This document shows positions 48,880-57,960 of a stretch of DNA of 64,000 nt, in pieces. Below the pieces are notes generated by a model. That model saw only the letters and a program-made list of their open reading frames with translations, was not told the origin of the DNA and made no database searches. Position numbers and translations under genes: made by a program. Position 1 is the first letter of the stretch; each line of letters begins with the position of its first letter. This DNA is from Aureliella sp. GTDB lineage: Bacteria; Planctomycetota; Planctomycetia; Pirellulales; Pirellulaceae. The stretch spans positions 2,144,001 through 2,208,000 of the forward strand of contig OY829846.1 in the NCBI GenBank assembly GCA_963691875.1, in the 5' to 3' direction.

Positions 48880-49765
48880 AACCTGAGAGAGGACCGAAGC
48901 GATGAAAGAATTACATGGTCAGTGCAATTCTTGATGGTCAAAAATGACCGGGCTCTGGACCAAACTCTACGATGCTGAGAGCAGATCGGCGGCTTAAAGA
49001 GTTAAACCGTTTTAAGATTCCGAGATCTCACAAGAGTTTTAACACTAATAGCTACTCGTAGGCTTCGCAAGTCATCACGGTGCTCGATGGCGACAACGAA
49101 CCATTTTCATCTACCTCGCTGGTGAGACAGCTGACGTCCGTACAATGAAACTTGAGAATTCGTTAGTTCAGAGGCGCAATTCCTACCTCTTCTATCCGTC
49201 AGGATCTTAACGACGACGCACACTGGCAGAGGGGATTTTCATCACCGAAGAAATGAAGCATCAAGCATCCTTCCGCCCCAGAATGAAACTCCACTCCGGA
49301 ATTACTCGGGTAGTCACAGCTGCAGGAGGAGAGGGCCAGAGATAGGATGGCTTCGAAACACGTTAATTGGCTTACCAGAATCACTTTTACTCTCGCAGCC
49401 CACGAATAAGATTTCTTCGAAAGTACGAGCACACAGAACCGCGGGATCATCGTTAAACAAGGTCTCGGTGTCATTTTTACATGACGGAAAGATCGCTTCC
49501 ACGCCGCCGAAAGAGCCGGTCGTAGAAACTCGAGCACCGACCCTGTGCTGACTGTTTGCCAGGGCAAGGGCTTTGTTCGCAGCCCAATCCCACTGCTTGC
49601 CTGAGAACCGATCGATTCGCTCGCGCGTGCAAGTGTGTCTGGAGCTTCGGCTGGCATTTGGGTTTCCTATTGCAAACGAGTGCAAAACAAGTCTGGGACA
49701 TGAGGCCAGGCTGTATCCCCGGTGTTATCGCGTGTAAATACCAGGCTTAGTTGCTGCCTTTCTCC

Positions 49766-50470
49766 CTAATCCACTTTTTTTTGAATCAACAGTTTCAGCC
49801 GCGCGTTGCGAAACCAGATTTTTCCTTTGTGATCGGTGAGCATGATCCGGCCTTGGGGGTCGCTCCCAAGGGTAGGCCGCTGCGTATGCTTGCTCTTTGT
49901 GATAGCGGCTTTCCATGCATCAGAGCCAACAGTCGCCCTGGTGATGAGCTTGCCGTTCAGCCAGTGTTCGATCCGACCCTTTTTGACAACAATGCGCGTT
50001 ACATTCCATTTCGTTGCGGGATTCTGATGCTCAGACCACTCGTCCCACTTGGCTTCGTTTGGAGCGAACAGATCATAGAGCGACGCCGTTTGATGCGAGT
50101 CTGGTTTCGTCGGGCTGGAATCAAGAATCTGGTACTCAAGCCCCAGCATGCGACCACCAAAATCTCGAACACGATATTTGATCCCACTGTTCACACCTTT
50201 TGCAATCTTCCAGTCGATCGTCAATTCGAAGTCGCCGTACTCTTGCTTCGTGACCAACGAACCGTTTCGACCACGTGGATTGGACAAGTGCAAAACGCCA
50301 TCTTCAGACAACTCCCAGACTTGCCCGATCGCTTTACCGTCGACTCTTTCCCACAACTTTAGTTCGTCTTTGAACAGGTCTATCGTTGATTCCTGTGCCA
50401 ATGCGAAGGGACAAGTGGAGAGAAAGCAAAAAAGCAACACAATGGTGTTTGCGCGAGTGTCGGTAGTCAT
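49766..50470 (-). CDS. DUF1080 (3-keto-disaccharide hydrolase) family secreted protein
   Basis: YGDFELTIDWK, NSGIKY, EYQILD, ASLYD, WN and IEHWLNG motifs; signal peptide. Confidence 0.88.
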   Translation of the reverse strand: MTTDTRANTIVLLFCFLSTCPFALAQESTIDLFKDELKLWERVDGKAIGQVWELSEDGVLHLSNPRGRNGSLVTKQEYGDFELTIDWKIAKGVNSGIKYRVRDFGGRMLGLEYQILDSSPTKPDSHQTASLYDLFAPNEAKWDEWSEHQNPATKWNVTRIVVKKGRIEHWLNGKLITRATVGSDAWKAAITKSKHTQRPTLGSDPQGRIMLTDHKGKIWFRNARLKLLIQKKVD

Positions 50471-50668
50471 GGCAGGTTCTTTGCACCAAATCGAGCTTGC
50501 GAGGAAGATCGCTGATTTTAACGCAGCAAGTAAGTCCAATGTGGCTTCGTTTGCTGCTACTTGCCCTGTGGCGAAACCGCCTAGAACTGCTCTAATCTAA
50601 TTTCGTGTAACTGATAATATCGTGTGGCCTGAAGCGCAAGCTATTGCTTGGGAAGTACTTGATATTCA

Positions 50669-51388
50669 ATGAAACCTATTGTTCAAATATCACTGGATGT
50701 GACAACGATCGAAGAGGCCATTGAGACCTCTCAATTAGCCTTGCGTTGCGGGGTCGATTGGCTGGAAGCTGGGACGCCGTTGATTCTGGCGGAGGGCTTA
50801 CGAGCGGTCCGCGAGTTGCGAGCTCACTTTCCTGAGACTCCGATTGTCGCAGATCTAAAAACCATGGACGGTGGCTACTTAGAAGCCGAGATGATGGCGA
50901 AGGCAGGCGCGAACTACGTGGTTGTCATGGCTCGCGCACACGAGGAGACGATCAAGGTCGTATGTCAAGCTGGAAAAGACTATGGCGTCGGAGTCATGGG
51001 CGACAACCTGGGCGCGCCAAGCATGGTGGACAGCGCCAAGTTGCTTGAGGACCTTGGTTGCGACGTGATCATCCATCATATTGGATTCGATGAGCGGCGC
51101 GGCATCGCGGCTCGCGGAGAAGTTGCTCCGACGCCGCTGGATGAGCTGCAGGAAATCGTAGCTACAGTGGAAGTACCTGTTCAGGCAGTCGGTGGGCTGA
51201 GTATTGAACAAGCGATTGAAACACCTGCACTCGGTGCACCGCTGGTCGTGATTGGAGCTCCACTGGCGATCAATCCGGATCGCTTTGAGCAAGCCGGCGG
51301 AAATCTCGAGGCAGTTTTGAAACAGATCTGCGACCAAATTCATGGCTTTGGTGACGTTCCCGTTCGCAGAAAGCTGCCGCAGTTCTGA
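50669..51388 (+). CDS. OMP decarboxylase/HUMPS family protein (3-hexulose-6-phosphate synthase-like)
   Basis: VQISLD, WLEAGTPLI, VADLKTMDGG and AVGGL motifs. Confidence 0.88.
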   Translation: MKPIVQISLDVTTIEEAIETSQLALRCGVDWLEAGTPLILAEGLRAVRELRAHFPETPIVADLKTMDGGYLEAEMMAKAGANYVVVMARAHEETIKVVCQAGKDYGVGVMGDNLGAPSMVDSAKLLEDLGCDVIIHHIGFDERRGIAARGEVAPTPLDELQEIVATVEVPVQAVGGLSIEQAIETPALGAPLVVIGAPLAINPDRFEQAGGNLEAVLKQICDQIHGFGDVPVRRKLPQF

Positions 51389-51401
51389 GGCGAGCTCGAC
51401 C

Positions 51402-51456
51402 GAAGTGGATTTCGCCAGAAATCCCACATACAAGGAAGTCTGGCGAATCCCACTAC
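51402..51456. repeat. REP-like inverted doublet (REPIN-type)
   Basis: GAAGTGGATTTCGCCAGAAATCC on the + strand and GTAGTGGGATTCGCCAGACTTCC on the - strand; each unit is itself a hairpin. Confidence 0.6.
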
Positions 51457-51459
51457 GCC

Positions 51460-52530
51460 GTGTTTTGCGATTTGTCTGAGAGATTCGAATTGAGCGCCGA
51501 CGCCAAACATCACTTTGAATCGCAGCTGCGTGAGCAGTGGGAAGGAACGGGGTTCTCAGGCGCTCGAGCACTTGTCGCCGTCAGCGGAGGAGCCGATAGT
51601 GTTGCTTTGCTTCGAGCCCTTCTGGAGATCGTTGGCGACCGCACGTTGATTTCCGTTGCCCACTTCAATCACGGTTGGCGCGGAGAAGAAAGCGATGCTG
51701 ACGAGCGTTTTGTCCAAGAGCTCTGTGAGACTCAAAAGGTGCAGTGTCGAGTGGGAAGTGTCCGGGAGGATACAGTCAGACCTTCGAATCGAAGTGAGGA
51801 GGCGGCGAGAGAGCGGCGCTATACGTTCCTTCAGCAGACTGCCTATGCCGTCGGCGCTCGCAGTATCGTCACGGCACACACGCAGTCAGATCGCGTCGAA
51901 ACAGTTTTGCACCATCTCTTTCGCGGAACCGGCATCGCAGGCTTGCGTGGTTTTGAGAAAACTCGCCCCATCGGTGCTGAACTTATATTAGTGCGACCAC
52001 TCCGAGGACTAACGCGAAACGATGTTATTCGCTACTTGGAAGCCATCGGTCAGACCTACCACGAAGACAGTTCGAATTCGGATCAACGCTACAAACGCAA
52101 CTTTTTGCGTCATGAGTTACTGCCGATAATTCGGGAGAGGTACGGCGGCAGCCTTGATAGCAACATCGCGAGATTGGCGGACATCACGTGTGAACTCGAC
52201 GAGCTACTTGGACAGCTGGCGAAAGAGTATTGGAATCAGGTTGAGCAATTGAGCTCAGCGTCGGATGAAAGTTCGATTCGATTTCCTGACTCTTCGAAGC
52301 TCTCCGTAGCTTGGCCTGTCTTGCAGAAGGCTCTTGTCGAGCGTTGGAAGGAGCTCCATTGGCCAACAGGAAAAATGAATGCAGAGCACTGGAATACGAT
52401 ACGCCATCTGCACGCGGGTGCGGGAACAGCGGCCTCAGAAGAGACATATCAGTGCAACTTGCCACACAATCTGCTGATCAGCTCGAAAGATGGTTGGCTA
52501 GAAGTAAAGCCCGCCAGTAACTCGAGTTGA
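51460..52530 (+). CDS. tilS: tRNA(Ile)-lysidine synthetase
   Basis: PP-loop AVSGGADS, HFNHGWR, EEAARERRY, TAHTQSD and DSSNSD…RNFLRH; start may be TTG 51490. Confidence 0.93.
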   Translation: MFCDLSERFELSADAKHHFESQLREQWEGTGFSGARALVAVSGGADSVALLRALLEIVGDRTLISVAHFNHGWRGEESDADERFVQELCETQKVQCRVGSVREDTVRPSNRSEEAARERRYTFLQQTAYAVGARSIVTAHTQSDRVETVLHHLFRGTGIAGLRGFEKTRPIGAELILVRPLRGLTRNDVIRYLEAIGQTYHEDSSNSDQRYKRNFLRHELLPIIRERYGGSLDSNIARLADITCELDELLGQLAKEYWNQVEQLSSASDESSIRFPDSSKLSVAWPVLQKALVERWKELHWPTGKMNAEHWNTIRHLHAGAGTAASEETYQCNLPHNLLISSKDGWLEVKPASNSS

Positions 52531-52548
52531 GGCGAAAAAACGGATTCT

Positions 52549-52818
52549 CTACGAGCTTTCCGCGGACGCGCAGTGCAGCAAAGTGCGAAGCGTGTCGGAC
52601 ATAGAGTCGTCTACTTGGTAGAGCTCATTGCTTCGAAGCGCTTGCACCACGTTCTCAAGCTGTTCTTGTGCCGAAAGGGACAAATCGACGAATAGAACCC
52701 AACGTTCGCCCAAGCGACAAAGTCCTCCGCCTTGCTCATTAAGCCACTCTTGGCGAACTTGGAGGCCCGAGTTCATGGCGAGCCGCAAGGCTTCTTCTAA
52801 CAGATCCACAGAGTGCAT
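52549..52818 (-). CDS. Small conserved hypothetical protein
   Basis: 89-aa ORF, VRQEWL…GGGLC…LFVDL; fills the gap between genes. Confidence 0.65.
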   Translation of the reverse strand: MHSVDLLEEALRLAMNSGLQVRQEWLNEQGGGLCRLGERWVLFVDLSLSAQEQLENVVQALRSNELYQVDDSMSDTLRTLLHCASAESS

Positions 52819-53165
52819 TCTCTCGTTCTTCCGTCCTGATTGTCGATTCGAATCTACCGATAAAGCCGCAAGATGCGTGGCAGAACGCCAAACAGACTTG
52901 TTCAGCCCTTACATCTCGCCAAATTGAATCATCGTTGCTTGGGTTTATATAGCGTTGCCTCACCGGAGAGCCTTGCTTGGCTCTAGCGATTGGCTTAGCA
53001 TTGACTTGATAAAAGGGGCTCTTCTCCGCAGGTAGAACTGCGTAACTGTCAATTTATCTGCCAGCTGAGAATAAATCCTAGTTAGAACAATCAACACCCC
53101 GACTCAACAGGAAAACGCTTGACTCGGCGCCAGAAACGGCCAGCGAGTTGACGGAAAGGCTTCGA

Positions 53166-53534
53166 ATGAGCGACAAAAAACGCATCACAGTTGTCAATAT
53201 TGGCGATCTGGCCACCGTGCGTTTCAATGACACGAAAATCGTCGACAGCGCGAATATCGAGGAAATGGGGGAAGAACTATCTTCGCTGGTGGAAAGCGAC
53301 AAGATCACCCAGATCCTGTTGATCTTTGATGGCGTGGAGTTTCTCTCTTCCGCCGCTTTGAACAAGTTGATCCTGATCGAGCGTAAAGTCAAAGAGGCTG
53401 GTGGAAACCTTCGTCTATGTGCTTTGCGTGAGGAAATTAAGGAAGTATTCACCATCACACGTCTAGATCGCATCTTTGACATTCGCGATTCTGAAAGTGA
53501 TGGTCTAAAAGCATTTGGTGTGCCACCACAGTAG
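53166..53534 (+). CDS. STAS-domain anti-sigma factor antagonist
   Basis: FDGVEFLSSAAL phosphoserine motif and EVFTITRLD. Confidence 0.92.
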   Translation: MSDKKRITVVNIGDLATVRFNDTKIVDSANIEEMGEELSSLVESDKITQILLIFDGVEFLSSAALNKLILIERKVKEAGGNLRLCALREEIKEVFTITRLDRIFDIRDSESDGLKAFGVPPQ

Positions 53535-53571
53535 GCCCTAGTACGCAAGCTTTCAAAAAGGAGGCGAAGTC

Positions 53572-53994
53572 TTGGGCGAGAATCAATGGACTTGGAAACT
53601 AGCGAAAACGATTCCAAGTTCCACCGATGTTGGACACGAGGTTATCGAACAGCTTCTGACTGCGTTGACAGAAGCAGCCTGGGAAGGATCTGATCTCTTC
53701 CATGTGCAGATGGCTGCCGAGGAGGCAATGGTCAATGCTGTCACACATGGAAATAAAAAATCGGTAGATAAATCCGTTGAGATAGAGTTCCGTGTGTCGC
53801 CTGAGTGCGTGGAACTGCGGTTTCGCGATGAGGGCGAAGGATTCTCGCCAGACGAACTTCCGGATCCCACCGACGACGAACATTTAGCGGATGTCCACGG
53901 CCGAGGCGTGTTTCTGATCCGACGGATGATGACTGAAGTCACGTACAACGATCGTGGAAATGAAGTCACCATGGTGAAGAGAAAGAGTAGTTAG
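53572..53994 (+). CDS. RsbW-like anti-sigma factor / HATPase_c kinase
   Basis: EAMVNAVTHGN, DEGEGF and GRGVFLI motifs; AGGAGG RBS. Confidence 0.92.
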   Translation: MGENQWTWKLAKTIPSSTDVGHEVIEQLLTALTEAAWEGSDLFHVQMAAEEAMVNAVTHGNKKSVDKSVEIEFRVSPECVELRFRDEGEGFSPDELPDPTDDEHLADVHGRGVFLIRRMMTEVTYNDRGNEVTMVKRKSS

Positions 53995-54028
53995 CGACAG
54001 CTGTTTGCGATTAGCTTTTTTGTGTCAG

Positions 54029-56809
54029 CTACAAGTATTTGCCTGTTAGGCTTTCGTGAGACTTTGAGATCTCACTGGGTGGTCCCGCAGCGATGATTTT
54101 TCCGCCTTGCTCGCCACCTTCTGGACCAAGGTCAATCAACCAATCGCAGCATCGGATTAGATCTAAGTTGTGCTCGATCACAATGACGGTATTTCCCTTT
54201 GCTACCAACCCGTCCAGTACATTGACCAGTCTCTGTACGTCGGCAAAGTGCAAGCCCGTCGTAGGTTCATCCAGAAAGTAAATGGTTCTCCCGGTATCCG
54301 GCTTCGATAGTTCCGCCGCCAGTTTGATGCGTTGAGCCTCGCCGCCACTGAGCGTGGAGGAACTTTGCCCGAGTGCCAAGTAGCCAAGACCAACCATCTC
54401 CAAGCAATGAAGAAGACGGTGGATTTTGCTGAAGTTTACGAAGAACTCCGCCGCCTCACGCACGTTCATTGCTAAAACATCCGCGATCGTTTTTTCTTTG
54501 TACCGTACGGCAAGTGTTTGTCGGTTGTACCGACTGCCACCGCAAGCGGCACAGCCGACGTAGAGATCAGGTAAGAACTGCATCTCGATCTTTTCTTGCC
54601 CTTGGCCCTGGCACTGCGAGCATCTTCCTGCACCTGCATTAAAGCTGAATCGACTTGAGGAATAGCCGCGTTGCTTGGCATCGCGTGTCCCGGCCCATAC
54701 TTTGCGAATGAGATCGAAAACGCCGCAATAGGTGGCTGGCGTGCTTCGCGGAGATCGTCCAATGGGTGTCTGCGTGACCTCGATGAGCTTATCTATCTGC
54801 CCCGCACCAGAGAGCTTCCGAAACTGCCCAAATGGGCGCGAGGCTTGGCCTATCTGATCGAGCAAGGCTGGAACTAGAGTGTGGGAGAACAATGAGCTTT
54901 TGCCACTCCCGGAGACGCCCGTTACACCGATCAGCATCCCCAGAGGTACTTGCAGGTTCACGTTCTTCAAGTTGTGCAGGCTGGCTCCGTCCAGCTTGAG
55001 CCAACGTGACTTGGCGGACGGTTTCCTGATTTCCGACTCGCGCTTGACGCGCCGATCTGCTCTTAGGTATTCAGCCGTCAGAGAGTCTTTCTTGTTGATG
55101 ACTCGCTTGGGAGTGTCAGCCACAACGACCTCACCACCATCCGTTCCCGCTCCAGGTCCAACGTCGACCAATAGATCTGCCTCACGCATCATGGCTTCAT
55201 CGTGCTCGACCACCACCACCGTATTGCCCTGCTGCTGTAGATCGCGGAGCGATTCAATCAAGCGGTCGTTGTCGCGTTGGTGCAACCCGATCGAGGGTTC
55301 ATCGAGAATGTAAGACACCCCCACCAAGCCGCTACCAATGCTCGTCGCAAGTCGAACTCGCTGCAGTTCCCCACCGCTCAGAGTGTCACCGTGTCGGGCC
55401 AAGGTCAGATAGCCAACGCCGACTTTGTTTAAAAACTTCAGACGATGCAGCATCTCGTTCAAAATGGGTGTTGCAATCTCGTTTTGATGCCCGCCAAGTT
55501 TCAGTTCAGAAAACCAAGCCAAGCTTGAAGCGAGACTCATTGAGCAAATTTCGAAGATGTTTTTCCCTTCGATAGTTACTGCGAGAGCCTCAGGACGAAG
55601 GCGAGCTCCCTGGCAAACCGTGCAGGGAAGTTCTTGCATCAAAACTGCAAACAGTTCCCACAGCTCATCTGAAACATCCTCTAGCATTGCCTCAAGCGCT
55701 GGGTGCAAGCCACGTTGTTTCTTAGTTCCGTGTAGCAGTTGTTCGCGTTGCTTGGTGGTCAGCTTTTCTAACGTCTGATTTGGCTCCAAGTCAAACTTAG
55801 AGAGCACCGACGCAATTTCGCTCTTCGTTTTCTTCTTCCACTTCGCAGGCAAGTCATTCAGCCATCCAAAGGCGCCTTTCTCCAGGCTGCCACTCCAATC
55901 CTGAACCAGCCGCTGCGCTGAGACTTGTTCCTGTAGTCCAATTCCTTCGCAATCGGGGCAGGCACCGTAAGGACTATTGAAACTGAAAGTCCGAGGCTCA
56001 ATTTCCTCGATGCTCACATCGCAATTCGCGCAAGCGTAGCGGGTACTAAAGAGTCGGTCTTCCCACTCGGAATCTTCTTGCTCAGAAGGGATCGCCAAGC
56101 TGACGGTCACCAAGCCTGAGGAGAGTTTCAAGGCCAAGGAAAGGGCAGCTTCTATTCGTTCCGCCGAGTCCTCACGCACGATAATGCGATCGACAACGGC
56201 CTCGATCGTATGATTTTGGCGAGTCGGCAGAGCTGGTACTTCATCGACCTCGTAGGTTTCGCCATCAACGCGAACTCGTACTAAGCCTGCCTTGCGAATC
56301 TCTTCAAGCTTGTCCCGATGGCTTCCTCGGCGTCCTCGTACGACTGGTGCCATAACAACCAACTTGGTTCGATGGGGCAATGACAACAGCTCACGCAAAA
56401 TACGGTCGGGAGACTGCTGGTTGATTGGAGAACCACAACTCGGGCAGCTTGGTGTGCCGACTCGTGCCATCAACAGACGCAAGTAGTCATAAATCTCGGT
56501 GATAGTGGCGACGGTGGAACGGCGGTTCGAACTGGCGACTTTTTGGTCGATGCATAGCGTAGGTTGCAGCCCCTCGATAACCTCGACATCCGGACGCTGC
56601 AATTGATTCAGGAATTGGCGCGCGTAGGTAGAGAGACTTTCAATGTACTGCCTTTGCCCCTCGGCGTAGAGCGTATCAATGGCAAGTGAGCTTTTGCCGC
56701 TACCGCTGACTCCAGTTATTACAGTCAGTTTATTGTGCGGGATCTTAAGGTCGACACCTCGCAGATTGTGCGTTTTCGCATTTACGATACTTATGCAAGA
56801 AGTCGTCAA
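54029..56809 (-). CDS. uvrA: Excinuclease ABC subunit A
   Basis: Two GVSGSGKSS Walker A motifs, LSGGE signatures, zinc fingers and FSFNSPYGACP. Confidence 0.97.
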   Translation of the reverse strand: MTTSCISIVNAKTHNLRGVDLKIPHNKLTVITGVSGSGKSSLAIDTLYAEGQRQYIESLSTYARQFLNQLQRPDVEVIEGLQPTLCIDQKVASSNRRSTVATITEIYDYLRLLMARVGTPSCPSCGSPINQQSPDRILRELLSLPHRTKLVVMAPVVRGRRGSHRDKLEEIRKAGLVRVRVDGETYEVDEVPALPTRQNHTIEAVVDRIIVREDSAERIEAALSLALKLSSGLVTVSLAIPSEQEDSEWEDRLFSTRYACANCDVSIEEIEPRTFSFNSPYGACPDCEGIGLQEQVSAQRLVQDWSGSLEKGAFGWLNDLPAKWKKKTKSEIASVLSKFDLEPNQTLEKLTTKQREQLLHGTKKQRGLHPALEAMLEDVSDELWELFAVLMQELPCTVCQGARLRPEALAVTIEGKNIFEICSMSLASSLAWFSELKLGGHQNEIATPILNEMLHRLKFLNKVGVGYLTLARHGDTLSGGELQRVRLATSIGSGLVGVSYILDEPSIGLHQRDNDRLIESLRDLQQQGNTVVVVEHDEAMMREADLLVDVGPGAGTDGGEVVVADTPKRVINKKDSLTAEYLRADRRVKRESEIRKPSAKSRWLKLDGASLHNLKNVNLQVPLGMLIGVTGVSGSGKSSLFSHTLVPALLDQIGQASRPFGQFRKLSGAGQIDKLIEVTQTPIGRSPRSTPATYCGVFDLIRKVWAGTRDAKQRGYSSSRFSFNAGAGRCSQCQGQGQEKIEMQFLPDLYVGCAACGGSRYNRQTLAVRYKEKTIADVLAMNVREAAEFFVNFSKIHRLLHCLEMVGLGYLALGQSSSTLSGGEAQRIKLAAELSKPDTGRTIYFLDEPTTGLHFADVQRLVNVLDGLVAKGNTVIVIEHNLDLIRCCDWLIDLGPEGGEQGGKIIAAGPPSEISKSHESLTGKYL

Positions 56810-57108
56810 ACCAGCGGCCTCGGGTGTTGGAATTAGCTAGGGAGCGAAATCAAGTGGAGGAATTGCTCTAGGGATTCAATTTTCTGTCGCCTTCGCACTT
56901 TCGCCAAGCGGGTATGCTCAATCGCCCCATAACTCACGTCGGTTTAGAGCGAGGGGGTTTTTTTCCCACTCATCTATCGCCAAACACGCGAAACTATCCC
57001 AGGTTTGAATGAGCAGAGACACACTGAGCGTCAAACTGGAAGCGTCTTGCTGGGTCTGAACCGCAGCCAATAACCAGTCTGCGATCTCTGCATGAGAGGA
57101 GTCACGAT

Positions 57109-57864
57109 TTGTCAACTGCAGCCCAACTGAATGCCCCCAGCCGTCAACACCGCTATGTCGTGGATGGCCCGGGTATAAAAGTTACAGCCATGCACACCTT
57201 GGGAGACCGAGGAAGCTTTGATGTCAAGCTAAAGGATATCTCCGACTATGGCGTAAAAATTGAGTGCAGCGAGCCTGTCCGATTCTCAGAGCATTTGAAG
57301 CTATTCATTCGCACTGAAGACCTTGAGCTCGATTTGGCCGTTGATGGCGAAGTCCGCTGGATCCGGGCCACAGCACACGGGACATGGGTTATCGGTTGCT
57401 ACATCGCACAAGCATTGCCCGAGGAGAGCCTACACAAACTGGGCCGGGCAGAATTGATGAACCGTCGCCGCGAAGAACGCACACCGGTTCAGTTTGCAGC
57501 AAAATGCGTCAAGCCTGGAACGTCTCGCGAAATCTCGGTTACGCTACAAGACGTGAGCGACAATGGATTTCGGTTCCAGTGTGGCGAGGACTTTCATCCG
57601 GGTGAGCCGGTTAGGCTACACGTCGGAAAAAGCGAGGTCATCGCGTTTTCCAAATGGGTTTTGCAAAGTGAAGATTCGACCGTGACTACAGTGGGATGTG
57701 CTGTGACTCCCCAGTCAGCCTCACGCTATCTCGATCTAGTCGAGACATATATCCTTCCAACCCAAGTTCAATCGAAGTCTCGAAGCCCACTGGTATTTGG
57801 CTTATTACTACTTGGAACGCTGGCAGCTTCGGCTCTCGTCTTGATTGCTTTGCTAAGCCAGTAA
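57109..57864 (+). CDS. Tandem PilZ-domain protein with a C-terminal TM anchor
   Basis: DxSxxG motifs (DISDYG, DVSDNG); RRREER (RxxxR) in the second domain; hydrophobic C-terminus. Confidence 0.8.
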   Translation: MSTAAQLNAPSRQHRYVVDGPGIKVTAMHTLGDRGSFDVKLKDISDYGVKIECSEPVRFSEHLKLFIRTEDLELDLAVDGEVRWIRATAHGTWVIGCYIAQALPEESLHKLGRAELMNRRREERTPVQFAAKCVKPGTSREISVTLQDVSDNGFRFQCGEDFHPGEPVRLHVGKSEVIAFSKWVLQSEDSTVTTVGCAVTPQSASRYLDLVETYILPTQVQSKSRSPLVFGLLLLGTLAASALVLIALLSQ

Positions 57865-57960
57865 TTCGATATTGCTGTTCGCATACTTCGCTGGACCCAA
57901 GATCGATCGCGACTTCACTGTTCGCAGATCGACTTTCTAAAAGCTGCACAGTGAAAACCG

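Noticed and set aside
49199..49701. Short minus-strand ORFs upstream of the amidohydrolase operon
   Set aside because: Three overlapping frames with no family motif or clear RBS; not called as genes
56918..57115. 65-aa ORF upstream of uvrA
   Set aside because: Overlaps the start of the divergent PilZ gene and has no recognisable features; probably promoter DNA
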